This document shows positions 10,152 to 19,435 of a DNA stretch of 56,032 bases, piece after piece; within the stretch, counting starts at the first letter, position 1, and each line of letters opens with the position of its first letter. Origin of the DNA: a virus. Its lineage: Duplodnaviria; Caudoviricetes. The DNA lies in the IMG/VR virus record IMGVR_UViG_3300022696_000137, positions 1 through 56,032 of that record. The stretch is one strand, 5' to 3'. Both the position numbers and the translations under genes were made by a program. The notes beneath the pieces were generated by a model. It had not been told where the DNA came from and made no database searches. It saw only the letters and a list, made by a program, of their open reading frames with translations.

Positions 10152-10788
10152 CCTCTTCTTTGATACGTTTTAATTCATCAATAGTTGTGCTCGGTCTTTT
10201 ATTTGCATGAGGAAATTTCATATCCTCAGGAGCTTCAACGCCAAGAAATTTACAAGCGTCTTGCCATCTATCTCCCTCTTCTGCACAAAAGACATGAAGT
10301 CTATCTGTACCGTCAAAATATTCCTCACACTGTTTATTGTAATCCAAGTATCTTTGTTTAACCATGTCTTGTTGACGAATAAGCTCAATAACTGAATCAA
10401 CACCATAAACATACTTGAAATAGGCTTTTGGTTTATCAAGCGTCTTAATATATAAATTACCAAAGTAATAATAAACACTATCTAACCATTTCTCCGGTGT
10501 AATTCTTTTTGACAAAATGAATTTAGACTCTGGGAATCTTTCAGCCAAAAATTCATACATCGGCTTGCCATAAAGATTGAACATAAACGGTGAATCTGAA
10601 AATGTCTCATAACCATCAAATGTAGCAATCATTTCTTCTACTTCGGCATCAGTGATTGTTCCGTTGACAATCTTTCTGGTATAACTTCCGATTATTTTTC
10701 TTGGAAAATGTTTTATACCAATCTTTCTAAATGCCATCTGTAAAGATGTCAAGCAAGTCTTGTGATATCCAATACAAAAAGCTTTCAT
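10132..10788 (-). CDS. Sulfotransferase-family (P-loop fold) protein
   Basis: FCIGYHKTCLTSL, FSDSP, KFILSKR, W..S, FLG...FPHAN. Confidence 0.7.
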   Translation of the reverse strand: MKAFCIGYHKTCLTSLQMAFRKIGIKHFPRKIIGSYTRKIVNGTITDAEVEEMIATFDGYETFSDSPFMFNLYGKPMYEFLAERFPESKFILSKRITPEKWLDSVYYYFGNLYIKTLDKPKAYFKYVYGVDSVIELIRQQDMVKQRYLDYNKQCEEYFDGTDRLHVFCAEEGDRWQDACKFLGVEAPEDMKFPHANKRPSTTIDELKRIKEEVENGKR

Positions 10789-11493
10789 TTAATCATCCTC
10801 CAACTCGGCAGTCAAAATCTTCAATTCTATGTTGTTAGATTTATAATCTAACACAACAATACCTTCTTGCCAAATTGAAACTGTGTAATTTCCTGAAGGA
10901 ATAACTGTGAAAACTTCTGAAGGAATTTCAAATGAAAATTCTTCTTCGGCGTCATCAATAAGATCAAGAACTCTTTCGTAAGAATTGTCATGTGTTTCAT
11001 TGCCAAGACGAAGTGTTAATTTCTTTTCATCAACATGAAGCATTGCTTTTTCTGAATTTACAAGCCCAATCATCTTACCAAGATTTTTAAGTTCTTCTTC
11101 TGTCAATTCAAACTTTGTTGCTGGGCCAACTTCAATATTACAACCTTTAGGACTTGAAGACAAAGCTTCTGAATCTGAAAGGATGTATCGAATTTTTGAA
11201 GTTCCCTTTGACATTGTGAGGCGGTTCAAATCTTGTACAATTTTCGGTTCTTTAAACACACTGAAAAGTTGAAAGAATTCTGGAAAATTGTAAATGGCTA
11301 CTTCGTCTCCCTCAAACTCAAAATCCTCAATAGGTGCTTTGAAAAAGAACGTTACCGACTCTGATGGATTTGTCCTGTTGATAATCATTTTCTTTTCATC
11401 TTCATTTTTTGTAATGATAATTCCATTACTGATGGTTGTTGAAAGTTGATTAATCAAATCAAGCGTTTCTGTCTTATACTTTAACTCTGACAT
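10789..11493 (-). CDS. gp45: Sliding clamp (T4 gp45-like)
   Basis: ETLDLI, AIYNFPEFFQL, GNYTVSI; size and context fit. Confidence 0.8.
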   Translation of the reverse strand: MSELKYKTETLDLINQLSTTISNGIIITKNEDEKKMIINRTNPSESVTFFFKAPIEDFEFEGDEVAIYNFPEFFQLFSVFKEPKIVQDLNRLTMSKGTSKIRYILSDSEALSSSPKGCNIEVGPATKFELTEEELKNLGKMIGLVNSEKAMLHVDEKKLTLRLGNETHDNSYERVLDLIDDAEEEFSFEIPSEVFTVIPSGNYTVSIWQEGIVVLDYKSNNIELKILTAELEDD

Positions 11494-11527
11494 TTGGAAA
11501 TCTCCTTATCTGTTAATTTACGTTTTT

Positions 11528-11556
11528 AATATACTATTTCATTATATAATTGTCAA
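11528..11556 (-). promoter_or_regulatory. Repeated phage promoter TTGACAATTATA
   Basis: TTGACA-N17-TATATT upstream of the clamp gene. Confidence 0.8.
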
Positions 11557-12372
11557 TACCTCATTCAAAAATTTTGATTTATCTTTTTCTTTATACCATT
11601 CTTCCTCCCAAATAATATAAACTTTAAATTTGCTACTTAATTTTTGAATTCTATAATTATCTTTTTCCCAAATTTCCTTTGCTGTTTTTCCTATCTTCTT
11701 ATGAAAATATTCTCCTTGATAAAAATTTGGGTTACAATGCCAATAATCACCAAAACACTCAATTATAATTTTTTTATTCAAAATTAAATCTGGAAAGAAA
11801 CACTCTTTTTTAAATTTGACAAACCCCTCTCTTTCAAGTTTCTTAAATAAATTAGAAAAATATTCATAAACATCTTGAGAAAATTTACTATTTCTTTTAT
11901 CAAATCCTTTAGCGGCACATTTTAAAGAACAATATTTAGATCTTTTATGTTTTGGTGAATAAAAAATATCACCACAAGTTGGACAACTCAATTTTTCATT
12001 TCTATTTTTATCAAAACAATCTTTAGAACAATATTTTGCATTTGTTCTATAATTATGAACCTCAAAAGATTTTCCACACTCTTTACAAATTAAAATTTTT
12101 CTTTTTCTTTGTTTTGCTCCTTGTAATTTTGCGTTCCCCGATTCTTTATTATATTTCCAATAACATTCTCTTGAACAAAACAAAGAATCTCTATATTGTT
12201 TAACTTCAAAAGATTTTCCACACTCTTTACAAATTAAAATTTTTCTTTTTCTTTGAATATTTAAATTTGTTTTCTGAGCTGAAAGTCTACAACCATTAGA
12301 ACAATATTTTGCATTTTCTCTACATTTCGGAACATTAAATTGTTTTTTACAATAAAGACATGTTTTTTCCAT
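11542..12372 (-). mobile_element. Free-standing putative homing endonuclease (CxxC repeats plus Vsr/DUF559-like nuclease)
   Basis: Four CxxC...(Y/F)CSxxC modules; FPD...IECFGDYWH...IWEKD..R...IWE. Confidence 0.75.
12062..12255. repeat. Exact 50-bp direct repeat (12062-12111 and 12206-12255)
   Basis: tcaaaagattttccacactctttacaaattaaaatttttctttttctttg occurs twice and encodes the duplicated RKRKILICKECGKSFE. Confidence 0.9.
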
Positions 12373-12373
12373 A

Positions 12374-12433
12374 ATACCTCCGAAAAATCACCTTAAATAT
12401 CTATTTATAATTTAAGGTGATTTTTGAAGGTAT
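12374..12433 (-). promoter_or_regulatory. Late promoter TATAAATA in the loop of an RBS-sequestering hairpin
   Basis: AAAAATCACCTTAAAT/ATTTAAGGTGATTTTT stem extends over GGAGG; TATAAATA at 12402-12409. Confidence 0.8.
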
Positions 12434-12434
12434 A

Positions 12435-12866
12435 TTAAACTCCAGTACTACCTAAACCATCACTACCCCGTGCAGTTTCCGATAATTCATTTTTTTCTTC
12501 AATATTAATTACTGGTTTTTCTGAAAATACCCCTTGAGCCAATCTATCACCCTTCTTAAAAGTGAAAACTTTTTCGCCCAAATTACACAAAATCAATTTA
12601 ATTTCTCCTCTATAATCTGGATCTATTGTAGCTGGGCTATTAAGAACAATCAAACCAGACTTTGCTGCGAGACCGCTACGACTACGAACTTGAAGTTCAA
12701 GATTTGCTGTCATCTCAACTGCAAGACCGGTTCCAACGATTTTAAATTTTCCTGGTTCAATGGAACCATTCTCTGCAGAGTGAAAATCAACTCCAACCGC
12801 ATTTTCGCTTTTGTATTCAGGAATACGTGCATCTTCATTCAATTTTTTAAAGTAAACAGTTTGCAT
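12435..12866 (-). CDS. dut: Trimeric dUTPase
   Basis: RSRSGLA, TIDPDYRGE, RLAQG, RGSDGLGSTG. Confidence 0.95.
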   Translation of the reverse strand: MQTVYFKKLNEDARIPEYKSENAVGVDFHSAENGSIEPGKFKIVGTGLAVEMTANLELQVRSRSGLAAKSGLIVLNSPATIDPDYRGEIKLILCNLGEKVFTFKKGDRLAQGVFSEKPVINIEEKNELSETARGSDGLGSTGV

Positions 12867-13700
12867 TTACCTCTCCTTATTTAGGTTCATAATGTTTAAG
12901 TTACAAATATCAAGGCAACCAGAACATGCCTTAGGGTTAATCTTTTTAATGCAGCAATTATATTTTGCACCATTTGGATGATATACAAGCATATTGTCGT
13001 CACAAAAATTGCATTTTAAAAATTCTCCTTTCGCATACATTCTTATGAATTGCCAGAGTGTCTCAGGTGTGATAAACCAATCTAATTTATGACCGTGAAA
13101 CGAATAAACAAATTGATAATAATTTGCCAACATATTTGCTTCATTAATGTCAATTTTCATATCCATACTGTGGTAATTTATTCCACCCACATCGTCTTTG
13201 ATTTGCGTATAGAGATTTAGTGTAACTGAAAACTCATTAAGAACCGCAAAATCAAGAAGAGCTTTAGTGTCTTCGAAGTTGTTATCGAAAACAACACTCA
13301 ATGCAATTTTCTTTCCTGCTCTTTTTAATTTAGGTAACGCTTGCCATGTAACAAGATCTTTCTCATTCATATTGGCAATATTGATTGTTGACAAGGAAAG
13401 ATTGATTCTAAATTTATTCAATTTTAACAACTTCGAAACATTAGATCCATTTGAAATAACCTGACCCTCATATCCTTCTGATTCCAACCATTCTATAATC
13501 TCGTCAAATTCAGGATGAAGAGTTGGTTCTCCTCCACTCAATATGACATACCAATCCTTTTTACCTTTCAAAATCTCTTTAATTTTTGAAAGCGGAAGAT
13601 GAGTCTTTGGATATGTCAAGTTACAATATTTACAATTAAGATTGCACTTACCCATTATCGTTAAAAGAATATCTTTTTTCTTCCATTCAGTCCGTGTCAT
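12867..13700 (-). CDS. Radical SAM protein of unknown function
   Basis: CNLNCKYC, SGGEP, Cys-rich C-terminus. Start at ATG 13700 overlaps the HEG stop (ATGA). Confidence 0.85.
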   Translation of the reverse strand: MTRTEWKKKDILLTIMGKCNLNCKYCNLTYPKTHLPLSKIKEILKGKKDWYVILSGGEPTLHPEFDEIIEWLESEGYEGQVISNGSNVSKLLKLNKFRINLSLSTINIANMNEKDLVTWQALPKLKRAGKKIALSVVFDNNFEDTKALLDFAVLNEFSVTLNLYTQIKDDVGGINYHSMDMKIDINEANMLANYYQFVYSFHGHKLDWFITPETLWQFIRMYAKGEFLKCNFCDDNMLVYHPNGAKYNCCIKKINPKACSGCLDICNLNIMNLNKER

Positions 13701-14341
13701 ACATTTCCTTTCAATGTTTCTATTAACCAACCTTTATACGGAACATTTTTATCAATGTATCTTCCTTGAGTAACGGTTCCATATCTAAATTTCATTTTTT
13801 CACAAAATTCTTTTAAATTATTAACTAAAATTTTATTTTCACCACTAATAAATAAATAAGATTTAAGCATTCTTCCTTTAGACGCTTTACCAATCTTTTT
13901 CAAAGTTTCATCAGAATGTTTTTTACCTTTAATCCAAGGAACTTGACCCTTCTTAGATTTACTTATTTTACTTCTTGTTAATTTTGAAACCGAATGCCCA
14001 AGAAGAGAAGAACTTATATTATCACTATGTTTTTTAGTTCTCGGTAAACCTATAAACCCATCTCCACCCTTCGTAAAATTATATCCATGATTTGGATATT
14101 CAGGTTTATAAGAACTTAATGCTTCTATCCAGTAAATTTCTCTTTCGTTAAGACAAGAGGAAACACAAACTTCTAAAGTTTCACGAATGAAATTCTCTTC
14201 ACCATATCTGTTTATTGCTTTATTTAGATATACTCCTGACCCCAAATATTCATCAAATCCAGATGTTTCTTGTTTATGTTTTCCAACATAAATCTTACCA
14301 TTTACTAAATTAGTTGTTTTGTAGATAATATAATAACTCAT
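13697..14341 (-). mobile_element. GIY-YIG (Seg-like) homing endonuclease with NUMOD3 repeats
   Basis: IYKTTNLVNGKIYVGKH, YLGSG, EIYWI, GYN, HSDETLKKI. Confidence 0.9.
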
Positions 14342-14443
14342 AGGATACCTCCACTAAGGTTTAAATTGTAAGAGGTGAGAAGTAATTCTTGTAGTGGCAA
14401 GAAAACTGTGCCCAGCTGTCCTTCAAACCTATGAGTATTTATA
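14339..14443 (-). ncRNA. Candidate structured leader RNA (multi-stem plus pseudoknot onto the RBS) behind a late promoter
   Basis: TATAAATA at 14436-14443; closing helix, GGCA tetraloop hairpin and a hairpin loop CCACTA complementary to TAGTGG at the SD. Confidence 0.5.
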
Positions 14444-14447
14444 TTTT

Positions 14448-15215
14448 TCATCCTATTAATTTCTTTTGCAATTTTGACCATTCAGCGCATCGTTTTTCTG
14501 TAAATCTTGAGAAATCTCTATTCAAAATTGCTTTAGGCATTTGTTTATCAAGTTCTTTTGCGTAATCACAATCAAGTGGATTTACTGTATATCCTGGTTC
14601 ATCTATATTATTCAATTTAAAAGCTACGTATCGTTTATAGCATGTTAAGCACTGGCCACATTTTTGTTCTTCCTTATCATAACATGTACTCGTTTCAAAA
14701 AGAACGTCTACAGGAATACCGGCTTTTAATGCCCATGTAATTGTATCTGCTTTGGACATGTGTGAAAATGGTGTTTCGACTGTTGTTTTCTTTTGAAAGA
14801 ACTCATTCGTAAATGTTAAGAGCTTTGAAACATCATGGAAAAATTTTGGGCTTTTATCATGTTCTTTACCATTTTGTTCACCATCAAGTGCATTAATCCA
14901 AACAGTTTCACCAAACATTGAACCAATTGTTGCAAGTAATACATTTCGACTTGGTATAATTTGATTACTAAGTCTTGATTCAAGAGCTGGGACTAAATCC
15001 ATCATGTCAATTTGAATTACTTCTGGTGCATATTCTGGAAATTGGATGTCCATTTTTGCGACCACATCAAATTCCTTCATGGCATAATCTTGTCCCATGT
15101 TTGCCCAAATGCAAGTGATGTCTTCCTTCTTGTAACCTTTTTCTTTAATAGCATAATTATAAGAAATCAAGCTATCAAGACCGCCCGAATACATAATTGC
15201 TAATTTACTTCCCAT
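14448..15215 (-). CDS. queC: 7-cyano-7-deazaguanine synthase QueC-like
   Basis: SGGLDS PP-loop, PSRN, CY...CGQCLTC; que-cluster context. Confidence 0.85.
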   Translation of the reverse strand: MGSKLAIMYSGGLDSLISYNYAIKEKGYKKEDITCIWANMGQDYAMKEFDVVAKMDIQFPEYAPEVIQIDMMDLVPALESRLSNQIIPSRNVLLATIGSMFGETVWINALDGEQNGKEHDKSPKFFHDVSKLLTFTNEFFQKKTTVETPFSHMSKADTITWALKAGIPVDVLFETSTCYDKEEQKCGQCLTCYKRYVAFKLNNIDEPGYTVNPLDCDYAKELDKQMPKAILNRDFSRFTEKRCAEWSKLQKKLIG

Positions 15216-15678
15216 AACTATCAGTCCCTTCTCGAAAAAGACCGTGGTCTCCTTCTTTCATTTTGTCAAAATCCTCATACGGAAATACAATCCAATGCTT
15301 TGTAATCATTCCATACATAGGAAATTCTCTATCAATAAATTCTTCTGTATCACCATCAATTAATATAGGAACATAAGCATAATTCATTTCTGGTCTTTCA
15401 ACTAAAAAATGAAATTTCAATGCTTTATATGTTCGACTTTTTGCAACCAAATCTTCAACGAAAACTGGACTTTTACAATCTTGCGGGAGGCTGAGTAATT
15501 TTTCGTTAGGCCAATATGCACCAGTTTTCCAATTCAATTCTTTTGCAATAATGTGTGCTGCGGTCATACCACCACGCATAACAGGAACTATACAATCATA
15601 TTCATTCCTTGCCGCAATTTGTTCTGCAAGAGCAACACAAATGCTTTTAAACATCTCATACGGAAGATAAATTTTCAA
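15205..15678 (-). CDS. Type I phosphoribosyltransferase (Gpt-like)
   Basis: VPVMRGG, VFVEDLVAKSRT PRPP-loop variant, WIVFPYE. Confidence 0.75.
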   Translation of the reverse strand: MKIYLPYEMFKSICVALAEQIAARNEYDCIVPVMRGGMTAAHIIAKELNWKTGAYWPNEKLLSLPQDCKSPVFVEDLVAKSRTYKALKFHFLVERPEMNYAYVPILIDGDTEEFIDREFPMYGMITKHWIVFPYEDFDKMKEGDHGLFREGTDSYGK

Positions 15679-16066
15679 GCATTACTCCAATCATTGTTTC
15701 ATAATGTAAAATACAAACATCATCTAAAATTTTCTTGAGTTTAACAACTTGATTTATTTCGCTCTCAACAAATATATCAATTTCTTTATGTTTACTAATA
15801 ACATCAGCTTTATATTTAACAGCATTATCTTCACCTAAACCATAATAATTTTCACAAAAAAGAATTGAAGGAGAATTTATAAAATTTTCATTTACCCATT
15901 TAATAGTTTTATCTTTATCTTCAATAGGACGACTTGTAATCATATAATATGGAAATTTTGGTTCAAACAATGGTTTCCACATATATTTGGTTTTTAAATA
16001 AAAATCTAAATCTGTGCTTTCATTCCAATTAGGGATAAAAATACCATCAATATCAAATGCTACCAT
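15656..16066 (-). CDS. HAD-superfamily phosphatase-like protein
   Basis: AFDIDG, ITSR, K...FVES. Confidence 0.65.
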   Translation of the reverse strand: MVAFDIDGIFIPNWNESTDLDFYLKTKYMWKPLFEPKFPYYMITSRPIEDKDKTIKWVNENFINSPSILFCENYYGLGEDNAVKYKADVISKHKEIDIFVESEINQVVKLKKILDDVCILHYETMIGVMLENLSSV

Positions 16067-16076
16067 TTTTTTCTCC

Positions 16077-17513
16077 TTAATAAATTATAAATTTTTCAAT
16101 TTTTCTTTTTTTAGTATTTTCATGTTTAAAATAATCATAATAATTAACAAGATTATGAACTGCACGAATTTTATGTCTTTGTGTTGCCCTATAAACTTGA
16201 GTATTAATTGAGTATTCTTTACATGCTTTACAATCACAGGTTTTCCATCTTTTATCAGTTAATATTTTTGAAACATTTGTGAGATATCTATTTACATCTT
16301 GAACAGAAATATTAAATAATTTTCTATATCCCATTTCAAAATCACGAATCATTTTAATACAATCATTTAAACCTTCATTCGTTTCATCATATTTTAAAAG
16401 AGCTGTCATTGCTTTAGCTGATAATTTATCAAGATCCTCAAATTTTTCTTTAAGAACTTCAGTTTTGTTTAAAATTTTATTTGAAAGCCGTTTACTAAAT
16501 TTCTTTTTTACTGTATCAATATATCCTTCTGATGTTCCTACTTCCGCCGCAATTTCAAGGGGTGTTTTTCCTTCTGTTAACCCACGAATTATTTGGGAGG
16601 CTGTACTATTATTATCGGCATTAATTTTCTTAATTGAATTAGAAATAACAGGTTTAAATATAGGAAGATAAATCGAATCATATTTCTTTTTACCCCTAAA
16701 CCAAGAATAAATAGGTGCATTAGCCGCATTTCTTAAAGGTGTAGTATTATCTATAGATGTTACATTCAATATTTTTTTAAGAGAACCAAGACTTGATAAA
16801 TCACCAAAACCTAAAAGATGACATCTAAAATCATATTTTTTAAGAACTGGTTTAAGATAAGACATAATGGAAATAGCTATTCCTTTTTTGTACTTAGTTA
16901 AACCACCAAAAGCAACATATTTATATCCAGCTTCGCCTAATTCAATTAATGATTGTTTATATGATTCCGGCGACCATCCTTGAACACTTCCCATTAAATA
17001 AACATTGGATTTTTTATCTTTAACCATTTCAAGCATTTTAATTGCATTTTTAATTGAAAATTCTCTTCGAAAAATATGCTTTTCACTTGGCTTCTTAGAG
17101 TTTGTTAAATCTACAGTATCAATCATGTGATCCAATGATATACCAAAATCAAAACCTAAACTCTCATAATAATCAAGAAGTTCTTCTGCAGTTAAATTAG
17201 GAACATCTAAATCAAAATAATTTGGTGCACCACAATCCCCCATAGTTGCAATATGTTCTGGAATTTCATAATATGTTTTGAAACCTCCCGCGGCTTTAAT
17301 TTCAGCTTCACGTTTTTTACTAATATTTGGTTTAGCAAATAAAACACCATCAAACGGCAAATTGTTTTTCAAATATTGAAAAACCGTTACCTCATTTTTT
17401 GGTTCTGAATATTTGTCCATCTCATAATTGTAATCCAAATCAATACCTGTAACAATATCAGACATGGCCATAATATAATTAGTTCTATTTAAATATTTTT
17501 CTTTATCAAACAT
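16077..17513 (-). CDS. dpdA: DNA-guanine transglycosylase DpdA-like (TGT fold) with internal HTH
   Basis: MGDCGA, GISLDH, VQGWSPESY, AFGGL, HLLG, TSIDNT, CDCKAC...HNL Zn site. Confidence 0.8.
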   Translation of the reverse strand: MFDKEKYLNRTNYIMAMSDIVTGIDLDYNYEMDKYSEPKNEVTVFQYLKNNLPFDGVLFAKPNISKKREAEIKAAGGFKTYYEIPEHIATMGDCGAPNYFDLDVPNLTAEELLDYYESLGFDFGISLDHMIDTVDLTNSKKPSEKHIFRREFSIKNAIKMLEMVKDKKSNVYLMGSVQGWSPESYKQSLIELGEAGYKYVAFGGLTKYKKGIAISIMSYLKPVLKKYDFRCHLLGFGDLSSLGSLKKILNVTSIDNTTPLRNAANAPIYSWFRGKKKYDSIYLPIFKPVISNSIKKINADNNSTASQIIRGLTEGKTPLEIAAEVGTSEGYIDTVKKKFSKRLSNKILNKTEVLKEKFEDLDKLSAKAMTALLKYDETNEGLNDCIKMIRDFEMGYRKLFNISVQDVNRYLTNVSKILTDKRWKTCDCKACKEYSINTQVYRATQRHKIRAVHNLVNYYDYFKHENTKKRKIEKFIIY

Positions 17514-17514
17514 T

Positions 17515-18477
17515 TTATTGATATTCCTTCTTATTTAAAAGTGATTGGAATTCATTTCTTGTTTCTAAATTATTAAAATCACCTGTTATGCTACTTGTAA
17601 GAGTCCAACAATTAGACTGCTTAACTCCTCGCATAACCATACAAAAATGTCTTCCTCTTACTTGTACTATAACACCCTTAGGATTTAAATAATTTTCAAT
17701 AAAATTAGAAATATCTTTAGTAAAATCTTCTTGTAATTTAGGTTGTTTAGCTAACAATTCAACCAATCTTGATAATTTTGAAATTCCTAAAACCTCATTT
17801 GACGGAATATAAGCTAAATTTACATGATATTCTACGGGCAAAAAATGATGCGGACACATAGAAAAACAATGAATATCTTCAGCAATTATCATACCATCAT
17901 AATTTGATGGGAATCCTGTAGATAAAATATTCTCTATTTCTTCTGTAGCATTAATACCTTCAAAAATTTCATAATAAGCTCTCGCTATTCTTTTGGGCGT
18001 ATCTTTAAAATTTGGATCCGTTAAATCTAATCCAAACTCTTCTTTAAGCCCCATAAGCATGTGATGAGACGCAGTTTCTATTTTAGAAATGCCTGTAAAT
18101 TTACTCTTCTTTAAATCATTATGCAATTTAGAATGACAAGATTTACAAAGAATCATCAAATTATCTAACGTATGATTTCCTAATTCATAACCAAAATTAT
18201 TAAAATCTATATGATGAACAATTAAATTTTCTGTCTCATCATTACCACAACGTTGACATTCTGCGCCATAAAATTTTAAAGCTTTTTGTCTATAATCACA
18301 ATAAGTTTTATTCTCCTTCGAAACTTGTCTTTGCTTAGAAATTTCAACGTCTTCAATTAATGCATTAGGATATTTTTTCTTATAATCGTCCATAGTCATT
18401 TGATGTTTTGTCCAAAGATGAGTATTTGTAATTTTCCAATATTCTTTTTTACATTCTTCACATATAATTTTCTTCAT
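17515..18477 (-). CDS. folE: GTP cyclohydrolase I fused to an N-terminal Zn-finger/HNH domain
   Basis: DTPKRIA, SMCPHHFLP, GISKLSR, QE, HFCMVMRGV. N-terminus has CQRC...VHHID...NL..LCKSCHSKLH. Confidence 0.9.
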   Translation of the reverse strand: MKKIICEECKKEYWKITNTHLWTKHQMTMDDYKKKYPNALIEDVEISKQRQVSKENKTYCDYRQKALKFYGAECQRCGNDETENLIVHHIDFNNFGYELGNHTLDNLMILCKSCHSKLHNDLKKSKFTGISKIETASHHMLMGLKEEFGLDLTDPNFKDTPKRIARAYYEIFEGINATEEIENILSTGFPSNYDGMIIAEDIHCFSMCPHHFLPVEYHVNLAYIPSNEVLGISKLSRLVELLAKQPKLQEDFTKDISNFIENYLNPKGVIVQVRGRHFCMVMRGVKQSNCWTLTSSITGDFNNLETRNEFQSLLNKKEYQ

Positions 18478-18964
18478 TTATTTCCTCCATAATAGAATTC
18501 CTATAAATTTTTATTACGCTTTCTATGGTTTGTTTAAATGATTTAAAATCTACATCCAATTTATAAAATGTAATTAAACGTTGAAGATTATCTTCAATAT
18601 CATCTTGCTTTTCAGCTTCCCAAGGAAATACAACCCAATCACCAAATTTTCCACTTTTAAAATCTTCTTTTTCAATTAATGCTTTAAATGGAATATTGTA
18701 TTTAGAATATTTTTCTTTTGTTCGACCACTATCAATAATATCATCCAAAATTAAATCTGCTTTAGAAGGAGATGTTACCGTAATCCAATCATCTGAATTT
18801 GCCATAAAACCAGCAATTATCATTCCGCCTTTAGGAACACCATAAACACTTTTAAGATTATTTCCAGAAGTCTTATATAAATAAGATTCCTTTACATTAA
18901 CTGCTTTTTTAATATCACCAAGTCTTTTGAAAACTTCATCCCAAGACATAAAATATTTTTTCAT
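18458..18964 (-). CDS. Type I phosphoribosyltransferase (second copy)
   Basis: YGVPKGG, LILDDIIDSGRT, WVVFPWE. Confidence 0.85.
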   Translation of the reverse strand: MKKYFMSWDEVFKRLGDIKKAVNVKESYLYKTSGNNLKSVYGVPKGGMIIAGFMANSDDWITVTSPSKADLILDDIIDSGRTKEKYSKYNIPFKALIEKEDFKSGKFGDWVVFPWEAEKQDDIEDNLQRLITFYKLDVDFKSFKQTIESVIKIYRNSIMEEINEENYM

Positions 18965-19386
18965 ATTATATCCTTAGTTTCACCAACATAATGTTTTGCT
19001 AATTCTTTTTCAATCAATTTAAAAGCATAAAGAATATTACAACGCTCACATTCACCAACACCAACAAGATTTTTATCATTACAAGAAGAAACTTCTACAA
19101 AATCCTTGACATTATTATCCGCCTTTTCGCCGAGAATTTCTTTAGCTATTTTTGGTGTGGTCACAACCATTTTAATTTTTTTATGATCAGGAACCATAGC
19201 TAAAATATCCAAAACCCTTCCATATAAACTTTTCCACGCACTTATTTTAATAAATTTTTCAGCTTTTTTTATTTCCCGTTTAACTTTTTCAAGACGACTT
19301 TCTGCATATATCACTTCACTTTTTTTATTGTTAATGTCATCTTTGTAACTATTCAATTCATCCAATAATTCATTTAACTGTTTCAT
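18961..19386 (-). CDS. Hypothetical protein
   Basis: ORF with GAGG SD and its own promoter; coiled N-terminus. Confidence 0.65.
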   Translation of the reverse strand: MKQLNELLDELNSYKDDINNKKSEVIYAESRLEKVKREIKKAEKFIKISAWKSLYGRVLDILAMVPDHKKIKMVVTTPKIAKEILGEKADNNVKDFVEVSSCNDKNLVGVGECERCNILYAFKLIEKELAKHYVGETKDII

Positions 19387-19398
19387 ATTTACCTCTTT

Positions 19399-19428
19399 AA
19401 TATACCATTTTTATACTATAATTGTCAA
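19399..19428 (-). promoter_or_regulatory. Repeated phage promoter TTGACAATTATA
   Basis: TTGACA-N18-TATATT. Confidence 0.75.
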
Positions 19429-19435
19429 TAAAAAA

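Noticed and set aside
14339-14443. preQ1 riboswitch, suggested by the position right after queC
   Set aside because: It lacks the short P1 plus A-rich tail of preQ1-I and precedes a nuclease gene rather than a que gene; kept only as an unclassified structure.
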